From positions 1,025,862-1,089,861 of the forward strand of contig JBLDXI010000016.1 in assembly GCA_047495785.1 (NCBI GenBank): a DNA stretch of 64,000 nucleotides. Reading direction: 5' to 3'. The notes beneath the pieces are model-generated. The model saw nothing but the letters and a program-made list of their open reading frames with translations. It searched no databases and was not told the DNA's origin. Positions 11,162-23,590 of the stretch are shown piece by piece; positions within the stretch are counted from its first letter, which is position 1, and every line of letters starts with the position of its first letter. The translations under genes and the position numbers were made by a program. This DNA is from Lepidodermella squamata (Eukaryota > Animalia > Gastrotricha).

Positions 11162-11252
11162 AATAGAAGTGGGATTATCGAAGCCGCGCCAGTAGAAACG
11201 GCTGCGACCTAGCAGCTGAACGAAGCGCCTCAGACCGCTCGGCCATCCTGAC
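11162..11252 (-). pseudogene. tRNA-Leu(CAG)-derived pseudogene
   Basis: revcomp GTCAGGATGGCCGAGCGGTCTGAGGCGCTTCGTTCAG+insertion...GCTTCGATAATCCCACTTCT; disrupted anticodon loop, T-arm and acceptor. Confidence 0.75.
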
Positions 11253-11434
11253 GGGATCTGAATAAAAATTCAGATTTATATTCAGCAGACGGCATTTTTC
11301 GGCGAGATATCGATTGAGCGCTTTTCGGCGCGTTCGTTTAAAGCGCAATTTCGATGGAACACCCAGTTTTATTTGAGCCAATGACACTTCCGAACGTTAT
11401 CATTTTCGATTTCAGTAGACCATAATTTCAGACA

Positions 11435-11506
11435 AGCAGAGTGGCGCAGTGGAAGCGCGCTGGGCCCATAACCCAGAGGTCTGTAGATCGAAACTACGCT
11501 CTGCTA
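11435..11506 (+). tRNA. initiator tRNA-Met(CAT), cassette 2
   Basis: identical to 513-584. Confidence 0.96.
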
Positions 11507-11622
11507 AATGTCGCAATATTTTTAATCAGAATTTCGATTTAAATAGGAATACCCAAATGGCTTCAGCATCCGCTTATGGTCCAACTGCTGTGCGGGGCCG
11601 ATCGCGTGGACCTTTGGCCACT

Positions 11623-11781
11623 AAACTTACCTGGCACTGGGATGAACCGAGCTCAGCAAGTCGGTCGCCCCAGGGCGAGGCGGGCCATTGCACTGCGGTC
11701 CGCTGACCCCTGCGCTCTGCCTCATCGGTGGAGTCGGGTGCAAAATATTTCACTTGGGTATCGGCGTTCGCGCCACACCCG
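11623..11781 (+). ncRNA. U1: U1 snRNA (variant), copy 2
   Basis: near-identical to 700-858. Confidence 0.93.
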
Positions 11782-11886
11782 TAAAATTTTAAGAAAAATA
11801 TATGTCTCACTTTTACTTGGTTCTTATCAAAACTTCGAAAGTAATATACCGGATTTGTTCCAATTTTAGCCCAGGGTTGAGGGGCC

Positions 11887-11986
11887 AAGTCGGTTCGAAA
11901 GTATGAAAAATGAACGAGTAATTAACGATTAATTAACGATTAATTAATTAAGGAATCGTTCACTTTTTATACTTTCGAACCGAATT
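11887..11986. repeat. palindromic MITE-like inverted repeat with TTAA-rich centre
   Basis: TCGGTTCGAAAGTATGAAAAATGAACGA ... TCGTTCACTTTTTATACTTTCGAACCGA. Confidence 0.7.
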
Positions 11987-12368
11987 GACGTTAATTAGTT
12001 AGTTAATTAATTTTCGAGTTTACCAAAATTTGAAGGTTGAAATTTTTGTAGCCCGGGCTGCTATAGGAACAACTATGAGAATATTAACAGGCTAATTGCA
12101 CTGATTCATTCCTATCATTTTTTCACTCGGAACTACCGTGTACCAGAAATGCTACTCACTTACGATGCCTTTGGAAATACGTAAGATTATGTAATACCCT
12201 AATACGTTTGTATTTTATCTTCATCTCCATGCTAGTCTAATCTGGCTCAGTGGGGAATGAGTCACATAGTTTGGCACCTACTATATCAACCTGCATGTTT
12301 GTGGAAAAGTTCAAGCATCACGTTTTATTAGTTTCAGTCGACAAGGCGAAAGCATTTTTCAAGCACGA

Positions 12369-14349
12369 ATGCTACAACCACTAAGGAACGTCTTTTATTC
12401 TACTCTCATTATCAGTGCGATTTTTCCTCCAACGACTGAAGCAATCGAACTGCCTCTAGCATGTGTGACTAACACTACGCTCGACCAGTGGATGACCAAC
12501 TTACCTGCCAGGCTACGCGATCTGCCTCTGACAAAACTGGCTATTCCTGGATCCTATGCAGCGTTTTCAAGTACCCTAAACCCCAGCCTCGGCCGAGATT
12601 ATACCATCGACCGCGATTTGATGCCATTTCAGCTGTCTCGACGCATCAATGACGACTTGATGAACTGCAGGCTGGAGCAATGGGGCATATCTCAGGAACA
12701 AACCATTTTCGACCAGCTGTACCTTGGCATCCGGTATTTCGACCTTCCAATCGCAGCTCGCAACCCGGACTATTACATGGTTAATGACAACAAGATTTAC
12801 TTTACCAGCTATATTCATCAGTCTATGCCGGAGATGTTTGGCGACATGAGAGATTTCTTGAATATGAACCCTGGCGAGGTTGTTATACTGAACTTCAATA
12901 ATTTCGACAGCATGACTCAGCAGCAGCATGTCGCGTTTCTGAAGAAGCTCTACATCAACTTTGGATACGATATGTTCGCGAAGCCTAGCGATTACCCTGA
13001 TGGACCGAGTTCCATGAGTTTGAGCAACATGACAGCTGCGGGCCATCAAATAATCATTTTTTACGACAAGGCAACTGGGCCGGCTAGTTCTATAGCTTGG
13101 CGGGGTGATGCAATTAGTGGAAGCGAGGCTTCCTACACGGAACAAACAGGGCTTGAAGTCAATTGGGCTGAGGTAATTAATTGATTAATTAATCCATATT
13201 TTTTAAATTTTTACTCCCATCGAAATAAAAAAATCTGAAAATTAAACCAGAGGTGGGATGGAAATATCTGATCTTTCTTGAAATTTTAGAAATGCTTCTA
13301 TTTTAATGGAATCTAGCATTTGGGAATAAGGTATCATTCAAGAATCGCACGAATCGTTCGGACGCTCATTTGAATATATTTTAATGACCTCATGACTCTC
13401 AAAACGTAAAGAAGGAATGAGCGGCTTTAACTCTGGGTCTTACTTTTAGCGGAATCAAATTTTGGAATTTTCATTTGGCATAAAACCAATTTTAGAAACA
13501 TTCTAAGATGTCATGATTGATCGGCATAATTGTAAATAAATCATCTCAAAATTCAACGTGAAATTCTGTGTTGGACACATTTTTTCCTATTGAATTTACT
13601 CTCTGCCATAATTTCGTGGAAATATTCAAGAAGCGACCTTTGGCTTATCTAGAACTATAGGTTCGCAACATGCAACCAATTCCGCAACGGGCAAAAAATA
13701 TTCTGCTTTTAATTAAAAAAATGCAATTACTTGTTGTCGCGAATTCGAAAAGATTTTAAATCTGAATCTCAGGTTAAAATTGGCTCGTAGTAGCGGGTCC
13801 TCAATAAGCATCCCGAATTGCATCCCAAATTTTAACCGAAACGCCATTTATAGGTTATTTCCGAAAATTTATCAGCCTCCAATTTTACAAATTGTTGTCT
13901 TTTTACTGAACTTACAGGCCGTTCGGTCGCGACCGGCTGATGACACCAATTTGTTCGTCTTGCCTGGTGTAATGGTACCTTCAATTGGGCTGTTTGAGGA
14001 TAAATTATTGATGCAACCTGGCAGCTATTTGGGGCAAATGGGCGCGTGCACGACCAGCAAGTTTGTAAAATGGATCAAAGCGAATCGTCTAGCGGCAAGT
14101 AGTGGAAAAATCAACATATTTATGGCGGCGTTTGTTCACTACTACAATTTTTTCGGCGAGATCATCGCGTTGAACTACGCGGACGAGGCGAAACCTGTCG
14201 CAGCCGCGGATCTAACGGCGAGTTATTGCATTCGGCAACCGACGTTTTATGCGTGCAGTAATGAACTCGGTGATGGTGATATGTGCTCGAAATATGATAC
14301 TGGGGAGTACTATACAAATTTTCCAAGATCAAGTCTCATAAATGTTTAG
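12369..14349 (+). CDS. secreted PI-PLC X-domain (PLCXD-like) protein 1; exons 12369-13172, 13918-14349
   Basis: signal peptide; WM..LP..L..LPL..LAIPGS, Q...I..QL..GIRYFDL, EVVIL motifs; phase-0 GT-AG intron. Confidence 0.85.
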
Positions 14350-14355
14350 ACATTA

Positions 14356-15433
14356 AGGGAATACTCTATGGCAAACCATGGAGAAATATAATTTCCCCCC
14401 TCTCTGGAACCCCTCGATTCGTTTGGCTGCGCCAAACTCACTCGGGGTTCCAGATCGGGGGGAAATTATATTTCTCCATGGTTTGCCATAGAGTAATCCT
14501 ATTCCCACATGCGCACGACACCTGTAGGCTCACTAAAGGGGTGTAATAGGTACACAGGGGTGAATTCACAGTAACCATTTTGAGAAAATAAAACATCCAA
14601 CTTAAAATTTCACGAAAATGATTCTTCGTTTGTAAAAGAAAATCATTTTTCATTCCGGCGAATTTTTTCTTGTTTGCAACTTGATTTTTGGTCAACCTTC
14701 ATTCGTCGTCGAAATCGTCATGCTCTCCGGCTGGCCGAAGCATCAGTAGTCAAGATTCATGGAATTCAGAGCGCCGATATCAAGCCCCGATCATCAAGCC
14801 GAGATCATCAGTTGCCTTGGTTCGATGGATTCTGGAAACGAACAAATCGTTGCCTCGAAGAATCCTCTCAAATCGATCGCCAGCCAGCCGGTTGCGCACA
14901 GAAATCAATGAATCTGCATCGCGTCGTTTGGGAGACTGGCAACGATAAAAGCCATCCGCTCGCTACATGGTATCCGATGGTATTCAGGTCGCGGCGGAAA
15001 TAAATCGTGGATATGGGTCAATTTTGCCGGTCGAAGACTCGCCGAGAAAGCAGTCATTGTCGCCTCTAACGTTGCTATGGCTAGTCGCTGACGTTCTTTC
15101 GCTGCTCAAAACCGCGATTCCGGAGGGAAAACCGGATCTGCATCGCCTCAGCTGCCAGCAAGAAATTTCGACGACCTCGCTTTCCGCCTCATTTGGTCAA
15201 ATTTTTATTTTTGGACGTGAAATTGCTTTTAAATAAAATTGGGGTTTTCACTGTTCTAGTGACTTTCAAGTGACTTTTCTGGGGGTTTTGAGGCAAATTC
15301 TGAGCGAAATGCTGCCCAAATTTGTGGCAGTTTCAACCCAAAGAGAAATTATTGGTTGCCATAGAGAAACATTTCTAGCCATAGAGAAACATATGTTTCT
15401 CCATGGCAAAATTTAACCATGCGTATGTGGGAA
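14356..15433. mobile_element. non-autonomous hairpin-ended element, copy 2 (flop), in the PLCXD-like 3' UTR
   Basis: paralogous empty site GAAT-TA-CATTGAA after the PLCXD-like 2 stop supports TA duplication; hairpin core inverted relative to copy 1. Confidence 0.87.
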
Positions 15434-16037
15434 TACATTGAATTGTTCATTCAATTTCAAACGCGAAAAACATTATGATAATTTGCTTATAATAGGAAAA
15501 GCCCAAGAGCTTTAAAATAAAGTATCAAATAAGTTATACGACGATGTCTATATCAATAGTTCACAAACTTTCGACTTTAAGTGATCGAGAGAGTAGCTTG
15601 TGAGGTCGAAACTTGGAAAATGCCCGGCCGCTGATTTCACAATTGTGCGCAAATCAAATGTCCCTGACCGGCCCGAAATAAGCTGAAATATGTGCTGGAA
15701 CTGACTTGAGCAGCTGAAATACGCTGAAAGAAGGCATACTGAACTATGGTGGAGCTGATTTCTAGGCTGCGCAAATTCCAGGCGATTTCTGTCCGAGTGA
15801 TGTTTCTTTTCAATCCATTGCGCGGAAGTTCGGTGCACGTGGCGACATCGACATATTACCGTGTTTCTCGAAAATGGTCCGAATGATGAGTTTAAAACCA
15901 TCCATATGAAAATAATACATTGACCATTACAAGGGCGTCTTCGGCAGCGATAGCTCATGATAACTCGGAATTTTCGATTTAAATATCAAGATCAAGGTGG
16001 TTATCATTGATCGTGTTTTCCGTATCCGTTATATCAA

Positions 16038-16119
16038 GGTAGCGTGGCCGAGTGGTCTAAGGCGCTAGATTTAGGCTCTAGTCTCTTCGGAGGCGTGGGT
16101 TCGAACCCCACCGCTGCCA
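16038..16119 (+). tRNA. tRNA-Leu(TAG), cluster B
   Basis: identical to 362-443. Confidence 0.96.
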
Positions 16120-16280
16120 TCATTTTGCTATCAGCTACGGCGAAACCAAAACTCAAACTAATTTCAGCAGGCAGTGGACAAATATTTGAAGTCATTCGTG
16201 ACTCGGGGTAATTAGTAATGAGGTTTCTTTATGTTATAGCCAAGTATATTGAGCCAGCTGGTCAACTGGTATTTCAGCAA

Positions 16281-16362
16281 GTCGCTATGCCCGAGTGGTT
16301 AAGGGGTCTGACTAGAAATCAGATGCGGTCTCCGCGCGTAGGTTCAAATCCTACTGGCGACG
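16281..16362 (+). tRNA. tRNA-Ser(AGA)
   Basis: identical to 4597-4678. Confidence 0.95.
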
Positions 16363-16436
16363 ACAGTTTTTGCAGATTGACTGGAAATTTGAAATCAGCA
16401 GCACCTCGCTTCCAGAACAGTCCCCACATTCATGAG

Positions 16437-16508
16437 GCGTCAGTGGTGTAACGGTCAGCATGGTTGCCTTCCAAGCAGCCGATCCGGGTTCGACTCCCGG
16501 CTGACGCA
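16437..16508 (+). tRNA. tRNA-Gly(TCC)
   Basis: GCGTCAGTGGTGTAACGG...CTTCCAA...GGTTCGACTCCCGGCTGACGCA. Confidence 0.94.
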
Positions 16509-16600
16509 CACGTTTTTACAGCACACGCTTGAGAGTAGCGAACACATTGCTTGGAGAGGTTAAAGGTTAAAGCTGATCTTGCCCTTAACAGTGTTCGAAA

Positions 16601-16672
16601 GGTCCCATGGTGTAGCGGTTAGCACTCTGGACTCTGAATCCAGCGACTCGAGTTCGATTCTCGATGGGACCT
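16601..16672 (+). tRNA. tRNA-Gln(CTG)
   Basis: intact cloverleaf, anticodon CTG. Confidence 0.95.
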
Positions 16673-16755
16673 TGGCTACGTTTTTTGGGCAAGAGAACAA
16701 ACACTCATGTGCGACAAGTCCCAACCAGTGTTAATCTAGTAGGCAGGTCGGCCTA

Positions 16756-16827
16756 GGGGGCATAGCTCAGTGGTAGAGCGTCTCATTCGCATTGTGAAGG
16801 TCTCGGGTTCAATCCCCGATGCCTCCA
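16756..16827 (+). tRNA. tRNA-Ala(CGC)
   Basis: identical to 5052-5123. Confidence 0.92.
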
Positions 16828-16884
16828 GTTGGCCACTTTTTCACATTATTAATGGGAAATTAAAAGCAAAAAGTCGTAAAATGG

Positions 16885-16968
16885 TGTCAGAAGTGGGGTT
16901 CGAACCCACGCCCTCTTTCGAGGACCAGATCTTGAGTCTGGCGCCTTAGACCGCTCGGCCATCCTGAC
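16885..16968 (-). tRNA. tRNA-Leu(CAA)
   Basis: identical to 5184-5267. Confidence 0.95.
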
Positions 16969-17077
16969 TGCTTGACCAACCTCTCGATTATTTGCAAATC
17001 AACACACTGTTTCTAGCTTCGAGCAATCACAATCAGAGCGAGCTTGAAACCTTCCATTGGCTGCAGCTGATAAGAGA

Positions 17078-17150
17078 GGCGCTGTGGCGAAATGGCTATC
17101 GCGTCGGACTTCGGATCCGAAGATTGTGGGTTCGAGTCCCATCAGCGTCA
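17078..17150 (+). tRNA. tRNA-Arg(TCG)
   Basis: identical to 5367-5439. Confidence 0.94.
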
Positions 17151-17281
17151 TTTGCTCCTTTTGTACTATTTTTGTTTTTGTTTGTACTATTTTCAGTAGC
17201 ATGCTTCAAAAGCCAACGTATTTTTATTTCTTATTTTGCTGATTTCGTACATTGACCAACAATTTGCCTCTCATATCACGG

Positions 17282-17354
17282 GCCTTCCTAGCTCAGTCGG
17301 TAGAGCATGTGACTTTTAATCACAGGGTCGGGGGTTCGAGTCCCCCGGAGGGCG
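17282..17354 (+). tRNA. tRNA-Lys(TTT)
   Basis: identical to 5560-5632. Confidence 0.95.
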
Positions 17355-17418
17355 CAATAATTTTTACCCAAAGTAACTTGTAACTTGCTAATGCTGCTAA
17401 GATGACGAAGATCTTGAA

Positions 17419-17491
17419 GGGGGATTAGCTCAAATGGTAGAGCGCTCGCTTAGCATGCGAGAGGTAACGGGATCGACGCCCGTATCCTCCA
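17419..17491 (+). tRNA. tRNA-Ala(AGC)
   Basis: identical to 5708-5780. Confidence 0.95.
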
Positions 17492-17645
17492 CAACTTTTT
17501 CGGCTAGCGAGTAAGATAAGATAAGATAAGCAAAACAAATGATGAGAGGACTTGACACTCAAATATTTGAGCATTTGGATGTCTTCCGTCCCTTTTTATA
17601 ACGCCATCATCAAACAGGATGAACATTTAGAAGGTTAAAAAAAAG

Positions 17646-17717
17646 TTCCCTGACCGGGAATCGAACCCGGGCCGCCGCGGTGAAAGCGCGGAATCCTAAC
17701 CACTAGACCATCAGGGA
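17646..17717 (-). tRNA. tRNA-Glu(TTC)
   Basis: revcomp TCCCTGATGGTCTAGTGGTTAGGATTCCGCGCTTTCACCGCGG... Confidence 0.95.
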
Positions 17718-17811
17718 GGTGCTGACTACAATACTGCTGGACCTCAATTTCAGCTGTGATTCCGCGCTTCAGCGCAAAGTAGTCGAAAATGATATAGCTA
17801 AAACAAATTGC

Positions 17812-17883
17812 GGGCCCGTTCGGGTATTGAACCCGAGACCTCTCGCACCCGAAGCGAGAATCATACCCCTAGACCAACGGGCC
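17812..17883 (-). tRNA. tRNA-Pro(CGG)
   Basis: revcomp GGCCCGTTGGTCTAGGGGTATGATTCTCGCTTCGGGTGCGAG... Confidence 0.94.
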
Positions 17884-19030
17884 GGTGCTAAGCTGCGGTC
17901 ACGCGAGGGCTCTATCTAAGACTTAGATTATTCGAAGTTGGGATTTATTGATGATCGAAGCTATGTACAACGAAGCTACAACGTTTCATCTGTATCTTCA
18001 AAATCAGCTTTTATTCACCATGGAACTTTAGTTTCGCGAAAGCTGAAGTATTCAATAAGGTAAATTTATTCTAATAATGATTGACGAGTTTGCGATTGGC
18101 CTAAACCAAGATTCCTAAGTTGATAGAACTTCGGAAAATGATGTTCAACCCCTGTAGTCTCAGCTTTACAGAGAGAATTAGCTGAACTCTCCGATTTCGG
18201 GTCCAATGCACACCTGACTTCGCGAACCTTTTTCTGCCTTCGATCAACTGGAAAAAAATAAACCCAGATATAATTTAAAAGAATTATATAATAAGACGAC
18301 TCAATCCACGAGAAATATTCGAAATAGCCATATTTATTCAATTTAAAAAATCTCATTTGTGTTCAAAGTCGTTTAGAAGATCCGTTGCGATTGTCACCAG
18401 TTCCAGAATCGAAATAATCTTGAAGGTTCAATTTGAAATTCTCTTTTGATTTGTACTGCTTGAATCCTTAGGTAGCCAATGTAGCCACCTTACAAATCTC
18501 GATCGTTGAAGGAGGCAACGCCAACTGCATTAAGGTTCAGGACATTAGATACCAAGCTTTTAGCTTGATGGGTAAAACTAAGCACCTGTTAACAAAAATC
18601 ACGAGATTAAATACGATAAATCGACTGTTTTAACTAACAATTTGGGAGATTTGTCCATAATTTATCGCCAATCCATCACCACATTTCTCCGTGAGCAAGG
18701 TGAAAAGTGACGTCACCGACTTGTAAAACAGAACGAACGAAATGGAAACGAACAAAAATCCCGACAGCAACAGCAAAAATTGAACACAAGCAGACACAAA
18801 TCTGGCTATGAACATCTCTCGAAATCTCGCCTGGAAAAAAATATTTAAAACTGCTTCACCCGTAATCCTTTTCATCACACTTTCGCAAAATGTTGTGTGT
18901 ATAGTGAAAAAAGTAGTTACGATTGTGTACTCAGCTGTTTATTCATGCATTCATAGATATAGCGTAGTTTAAAATTAAAAAAAAATTTAACAGTGTAATT
19001 TGATTCTGGAAGTACACACGCGAAAACTCG

Positions 19031-20335
19031 TCAGTTACTAACAGTGCTTTGCATCTTCGATAAATCGTCAAATTTCACGTAATCACTAACAGTTTTAGGC
19101 AAGCCCAGCAACTCGATGGCTCGATTCCGCTCGTTGAGGCCCTTCGGCAGCTGATTGAGCAAAACACGCCGCGACAGCCTTTGCAGCGATAACGGAACTT
19201 TCGAGTCGAATTCTACGCCAACTAGCCCGTACTCTTCTAGGATCCGCCTTAAAAACACAACCAACCGCGGCCTGTCGTCGATCGGCGTTCGGATTAGCAC
19301 TAAATGATGCTGACTTGTCGCTCTGATTCGGGCGGGTAGGCGAAACCCGGCCTGGATAAGGAGTAGCAGGCCGTTCCTTAGAACCAGCTCGAACTCGTCG
19401 AATTTGCCAGATGATAGCAATTTTTTCAGCAGGGTGAATAATGCAGCTTCTAACTGGTAACGCCTCGACAAACTCGCCAGAGCTTGGCTGGAAAACATTT
19501 CCAACAACCTGCGGTATAAATCGGGCGATTGATAGGCCAGCGATGAGATACTCGCGATTGAGACTGAATCTTCAATCGAATCCCGATCTGAAACTAAACC
19601 AGCTTTCACTTCTTCCTGCCGTCTATTCAGGAATAGCTTCATCATAACAACGTAATCGTCGATTGGGTGATTTGTCATCAGAGCTTGGCTGATTGATGAC
19701 GCGGTGGCGACGATCGGCCTAGGGTGGGGCCGTCTACCAGGCGGGGGGTCGTTCAAAACCACGGTTAACGCGCCTTTTTTCAAGCAAATTTTAACGCATT
19801 CAGGATAGCCGTTGTAGACAGCTTCGTACAACAGCGCCTGTAGGTAGCAGCGCGGGATGATTGCTGAATTTTTTCGAATTAAAACCGAAAAATTGCGATG
19901 GTCACCGGAGGAAACCGAACACCACAATTGCATAGCTAGCCGGTGGTCGAAAACTTTTTTATGAAAAACTTTCGCAACATCTTTCAACCGAAATTTCGTT
20001 AGTTCGGCGAGAAATTTTTCGTGGAGTTCTTTCGATTGCGATCGGCTGATTTCTCGCAGGCCGATATCACGATCTTGCCGCTGCGAATTCGAGCAGTAGC
20101 CGGTTAAACACCGCGGGTAGAACATGATAAATTGCGCCTGGTCCGGGTCGAATTGTGACGTTAGCCTACTGAACAGGTACCAGTGCGATTGAAGGGTGGA
20201 ACTCGTTGTTGTATCAGGGGGAAGTTTTAGCCTAACTTTGCACCATGTCGCGTTCGCTAGCGCCAGGTAGTCGTCGTGGAAGTTGTCGGTGTTAAGCGGG
20301 CAATTTGGCGGGCAGATAAGGCGGCCTCGTTGCAT
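19031..20335 (-). CDS. SOCS-box protein with degenerate ankyrin-like repeat (ASB-like), intronless
   Basis: C-terminal VPLSLQRLSRRVL (BC-box)...IELLGLPKTVSDYV (cullin box); LLYEAVYNGYPECVKICLKKGA ankyrin-like. Confidence 0.75.
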   Translation of the reverse strand: MQRGRLICPPNCPLNTDNFHDDYLALANATWCKVRLKLPPDTTTSSTLQSHWYLFSRLTSQFDPDQAQFIMFYPRCLTGYCSNSQRQDRDIGLREISRSQSKELHEKFLAELTKFRLKDVAKVFHKKVFDHRLAMQLWCSVSSGDHRNFSVLIRKNSAIIPRCYLQALLYEAVYNGYPECVKICLKKGALTVVLNDPPPGRRPHPRPIVATASSISQALMTNHPIDDYVVMMKLFLNRRQEEVKAGLVSDRDSIEDSVSIASISSLAYQSPDLYRRLLEMFSSQALASLSRRYQLEAALFTLLKKLLSSGKFDEFELVLRNGLLLLIQAGFRLPARIRATSQHHLVLIRTPIDDRPRLVVFLRRILEEYGLVGVEFDSKVPLSLQRLSRRVLLNQLPKGLNERNRAIELLGLPKTVSDYVKFDDLSKMQSTVSN

Positions 20336-21798
20336 GCTTTTTCAATGCGTTGTGTTTTATTACATGCCTGAAATGTGCGCGAATGTTATTATCAAATATA
20401 TATCTAGCGCGTAGCCTTCTGCCGTTTTTATCGATCGATGCCTATGTTATAACACGTTGTATATATAAAGGAAAACAACGCGTGAAATCAATAGAAAAAA
20501 TGCGGCGGAAGAATACTAGAACTATTCCCATAAGTATTGATCTTATACTTTGAAAGCGCATTAATAATAATAAAAGTTGTAATTGCGCCTCTCTGACGCA
20601 AGTGATTTTGGTCATAGCATTGTGCGCGGAGAAAAAAATTAATCCGCTTGATAGGATAATGCCTGGATTCTTTTTAAATGCCTGGTTAAATCTCTCGCCA
20701 ATTTCGGGTGGTTTTTTTTTTAAAAACGGAGTAATCACGGACAAAATCTTGCTTCTCGAGGATTAAAAATCAGTCTTGATTCAGAAATCGATGAATTTTG
20801 GTATGAATATGTACAAAGCGATTGCCGATTTATCTGTGAATTTTAGTGATTTTTACGAATTTTACCTGATTTTTCGCAATTGAAAACAAAATTTGTGGAT
20901 AATATCGGACAATTAGCGGGTAATTTTGGACGCTCATAAGAAAATTCAAGCAATAATTTATCACAACGATCAATCAATGCTTTAGATGGTTGAAAAAATT
21001 GATAATTAATATGATCGAACTTTTGAAAGATGGTTGAATTCATTGGAATTGTTTTGCGAATTTATTTATTCGGTGGAATTTTTTTTTCAGGTGAAAGCAG
21101 AGTTCCGATGGTGGAAATGAAATAAAACCATCAACGATTTTACGCCTGGATCTTTTTAACTGTATCGTCACGGAATTATTATCTGCTGGTGAAATAATAA
21201 TTATATTATTTAACAAACCTTTAAGGAGGTTTTAGGTAGCGGAGCTTATTAATTTGAAACCGCTGTTCGTCTCTTTCTATCACCGTTAAGACTAGGCGAA
21301 ACTGACAGGATTGTTCCTAAGAAATTCGCCGCTTGCTTGAATAGGAAAATCAAGCTGCACCTTGCTTTGCCGATTTCTTTCCAGAATCCAAAATCCAAAA
21401 TGCAAGCATTGAACAGGACTGGTCGGCGGGGGTTCAAAACAAAAAAACTGATTTTCGAAAATCGCAAATTTCTCTATGGAATACAACAATCGTTTCCAGA
21501 GTACAACTAGAGGGTCCTGAACCTCTGAAAACAATATTTCGGGGCAATATAAGGATGCAGTCTGTCGTTTAGCGTTGGTACCATGATTTTAAGCACACTT
21601 TTTAAATCAATGGACCATCTTTCAAGTTCAAAGTTCCGATCTCTCAAGCTAGTCGCTCGATCATTTTATTTTAATTGACAGGCTTTTTCGTATAACTTGC
21701 TCCCTATTTTATTTCAAAGCTTGACTTTTCCTTTTATAAGCGGAATTATCATGTCTTTCGAGCCTGAAATTGAATGAACAAACCATTCAATGTAATTC

Positions 21799-23252
21799 CT
21801 AGTTATCTATAAGACTTGATCTTTGCACATTTGAATAGTATCCGCCATTTTCATATTTCGAGCACGCGTCAAATGGATATAATCGAGTATATCCTAGTTT
21901 GCGGCACTCAAAAAACCTCGGCTCCTGAATGCAATAACTCGCCGTTAGACCCGCGGCTGCGACAGGTTTCGCCTCGTCCGCGTAGTTCAACGCGATGATC
22001 TCGCCGAAAAAATTGTTGTAGTGAACGAACGCCGCCATAAATATGTTGATTTTTCCACTACTTGCCGTGAGACGATTCGCTTTGATCCATTTTACGAACT
22101 GGCTGGTAGTGCAAGCGCCCATTCGCGTAAAATAACCGCTACGTCCTACCACCAATTCATCATGTAACAGCCTCATTGAAGGTTCCGTCACACCACATAT
22201 GACAAAGAATTTGTTGTCATTGGCTGGTCGCGACCTAACGGCCTGCAATTTTGAAACAAAAATGTTACCTTAAAATTTCTACTGTAACGTAAAAAATTTG
22301 CTAAAAATCTAGTAAAAATGGGAAATTTTATAAAATTTCAGAGAAATTCAGATATTGTCCAGCCTCTGGTTTAATTTCCGACGCAAAATTTAAAAACATG
22401 TATTAAAAAGAATGTGATTACTTCTGTCCAATTTTCCTCAAGCTCCGTTAGCTCCGTGTATGAAGCCTCGCTTCCACGAATTGCATCACCCCGCCAAGCT
22501 ATGGAACTAGCTGGCCCAGTTGCCTTGTCGTAAAAAAGGATTATTTGATGTCCCGCAGCTGTCATGTTTCTCAGGCTCATCGAACTCGGCCCATCAGGGT
22601 AATCGCTAGGCTTCGCGAACTTATCATATCCAAAGTTGATGTAGAGCTTCTTCAAAAAAGCGACATGCTGCTGCTCAGTAATGCTCTCGAAATCATTGAA
22701 ATTCAGTATAATAACCTCGCCAGGATTCATATTCAAGAAATCCCTCATGCCGCCGAACACACTCAGGTCGCCAAACATCTCTGGCGAAGACTGATGAAGA
22801 TAGTTGGTAAAGTAAATCTTGTTGTCATTAACCCCTAAATATTCAGGGTTGCGAGCTGCGATTGGAAGGTCGAAATACCGGATGCCAAGGTACAGCTGGT
22901 CGAAAATGGTATGTTCCTGAGCTTTGCCCCATTGCTCCAGCCTGCAGTTCATCAAGTCGTCATTTACGCGCTGAGACAGCTGAAATGGCATCAAATCGCG
23001 GTCAATGGTATAAACTCGGCCGAGACGGGGGTTTAGGGCTCTTGAAAAAGCTGCGTAGGCCCCTGGAATAGCAAGTTTTGTCAGTGGCAGATCGCGTAGC
23101 CTGGCAGGTAAGTTGGTCATCCACCGATCGAGTGTTGTATTCGTCGTACATCTTAAAGGCAGTTCGGCTGCATCAGTCGTTAGAGAAAATAAAATCGCAC
23201 TGATAATGAGAGTAGAATAAACAAAATGCATCAACATTGATAGTGCTGGCAT
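21799..23252 (-). CDS. secreted PI-PLC X-domain (PLCXD-like) protein 2; exons 23252-22422, 22242-21799
   Basis: paralog of 12369-14349, same intron position. Confidence 0.85.
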
Positions 23253-23590
23253 TTGTGATGAAAAATGCTGAAGTTGAGCCGACGTGATGCTTTGTTAAAT
23301 CTTTCGAGATGCATGCTCGTGGGTTTCAAGATGTGACTCATGTTACCACGCAGAACTAAACTAGAATAGCCTGAGATAAAGGCAGATAACACGAAATAAA
23401 TATTTAATGTTTCACGTACCTTCGGGGTCATGAAAATATGATATAAGGGTTAAGGGTTGGCATATTTCTAGCAACTAAGGTCGGATCCGGGACCTGGTTT
23501 AGCAACCGACTGCGGTGCGCTGTGGCCATCGCATTTTCGGGTTTTGAAAGGCTTTCACTTCCTTGCGGATTTCATTTTCTATTGCTTTTC

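Noticed and set aside
12576-13145. Long antisense ORFs over PLCXD-like, NLR, channel and P450 genes
   Set aside because: Shadow frames of real coding sequence
15548-15958. 136-aa ORF (also 29593-29976 and 54585-54847)
   Set aside because: No recognisable motifs or supportable gene structure
18066-18878. Possible spliced membrane-protein gene on the minus strand
   Set aside because: Could not build a stop-free exon chain or recognise a family
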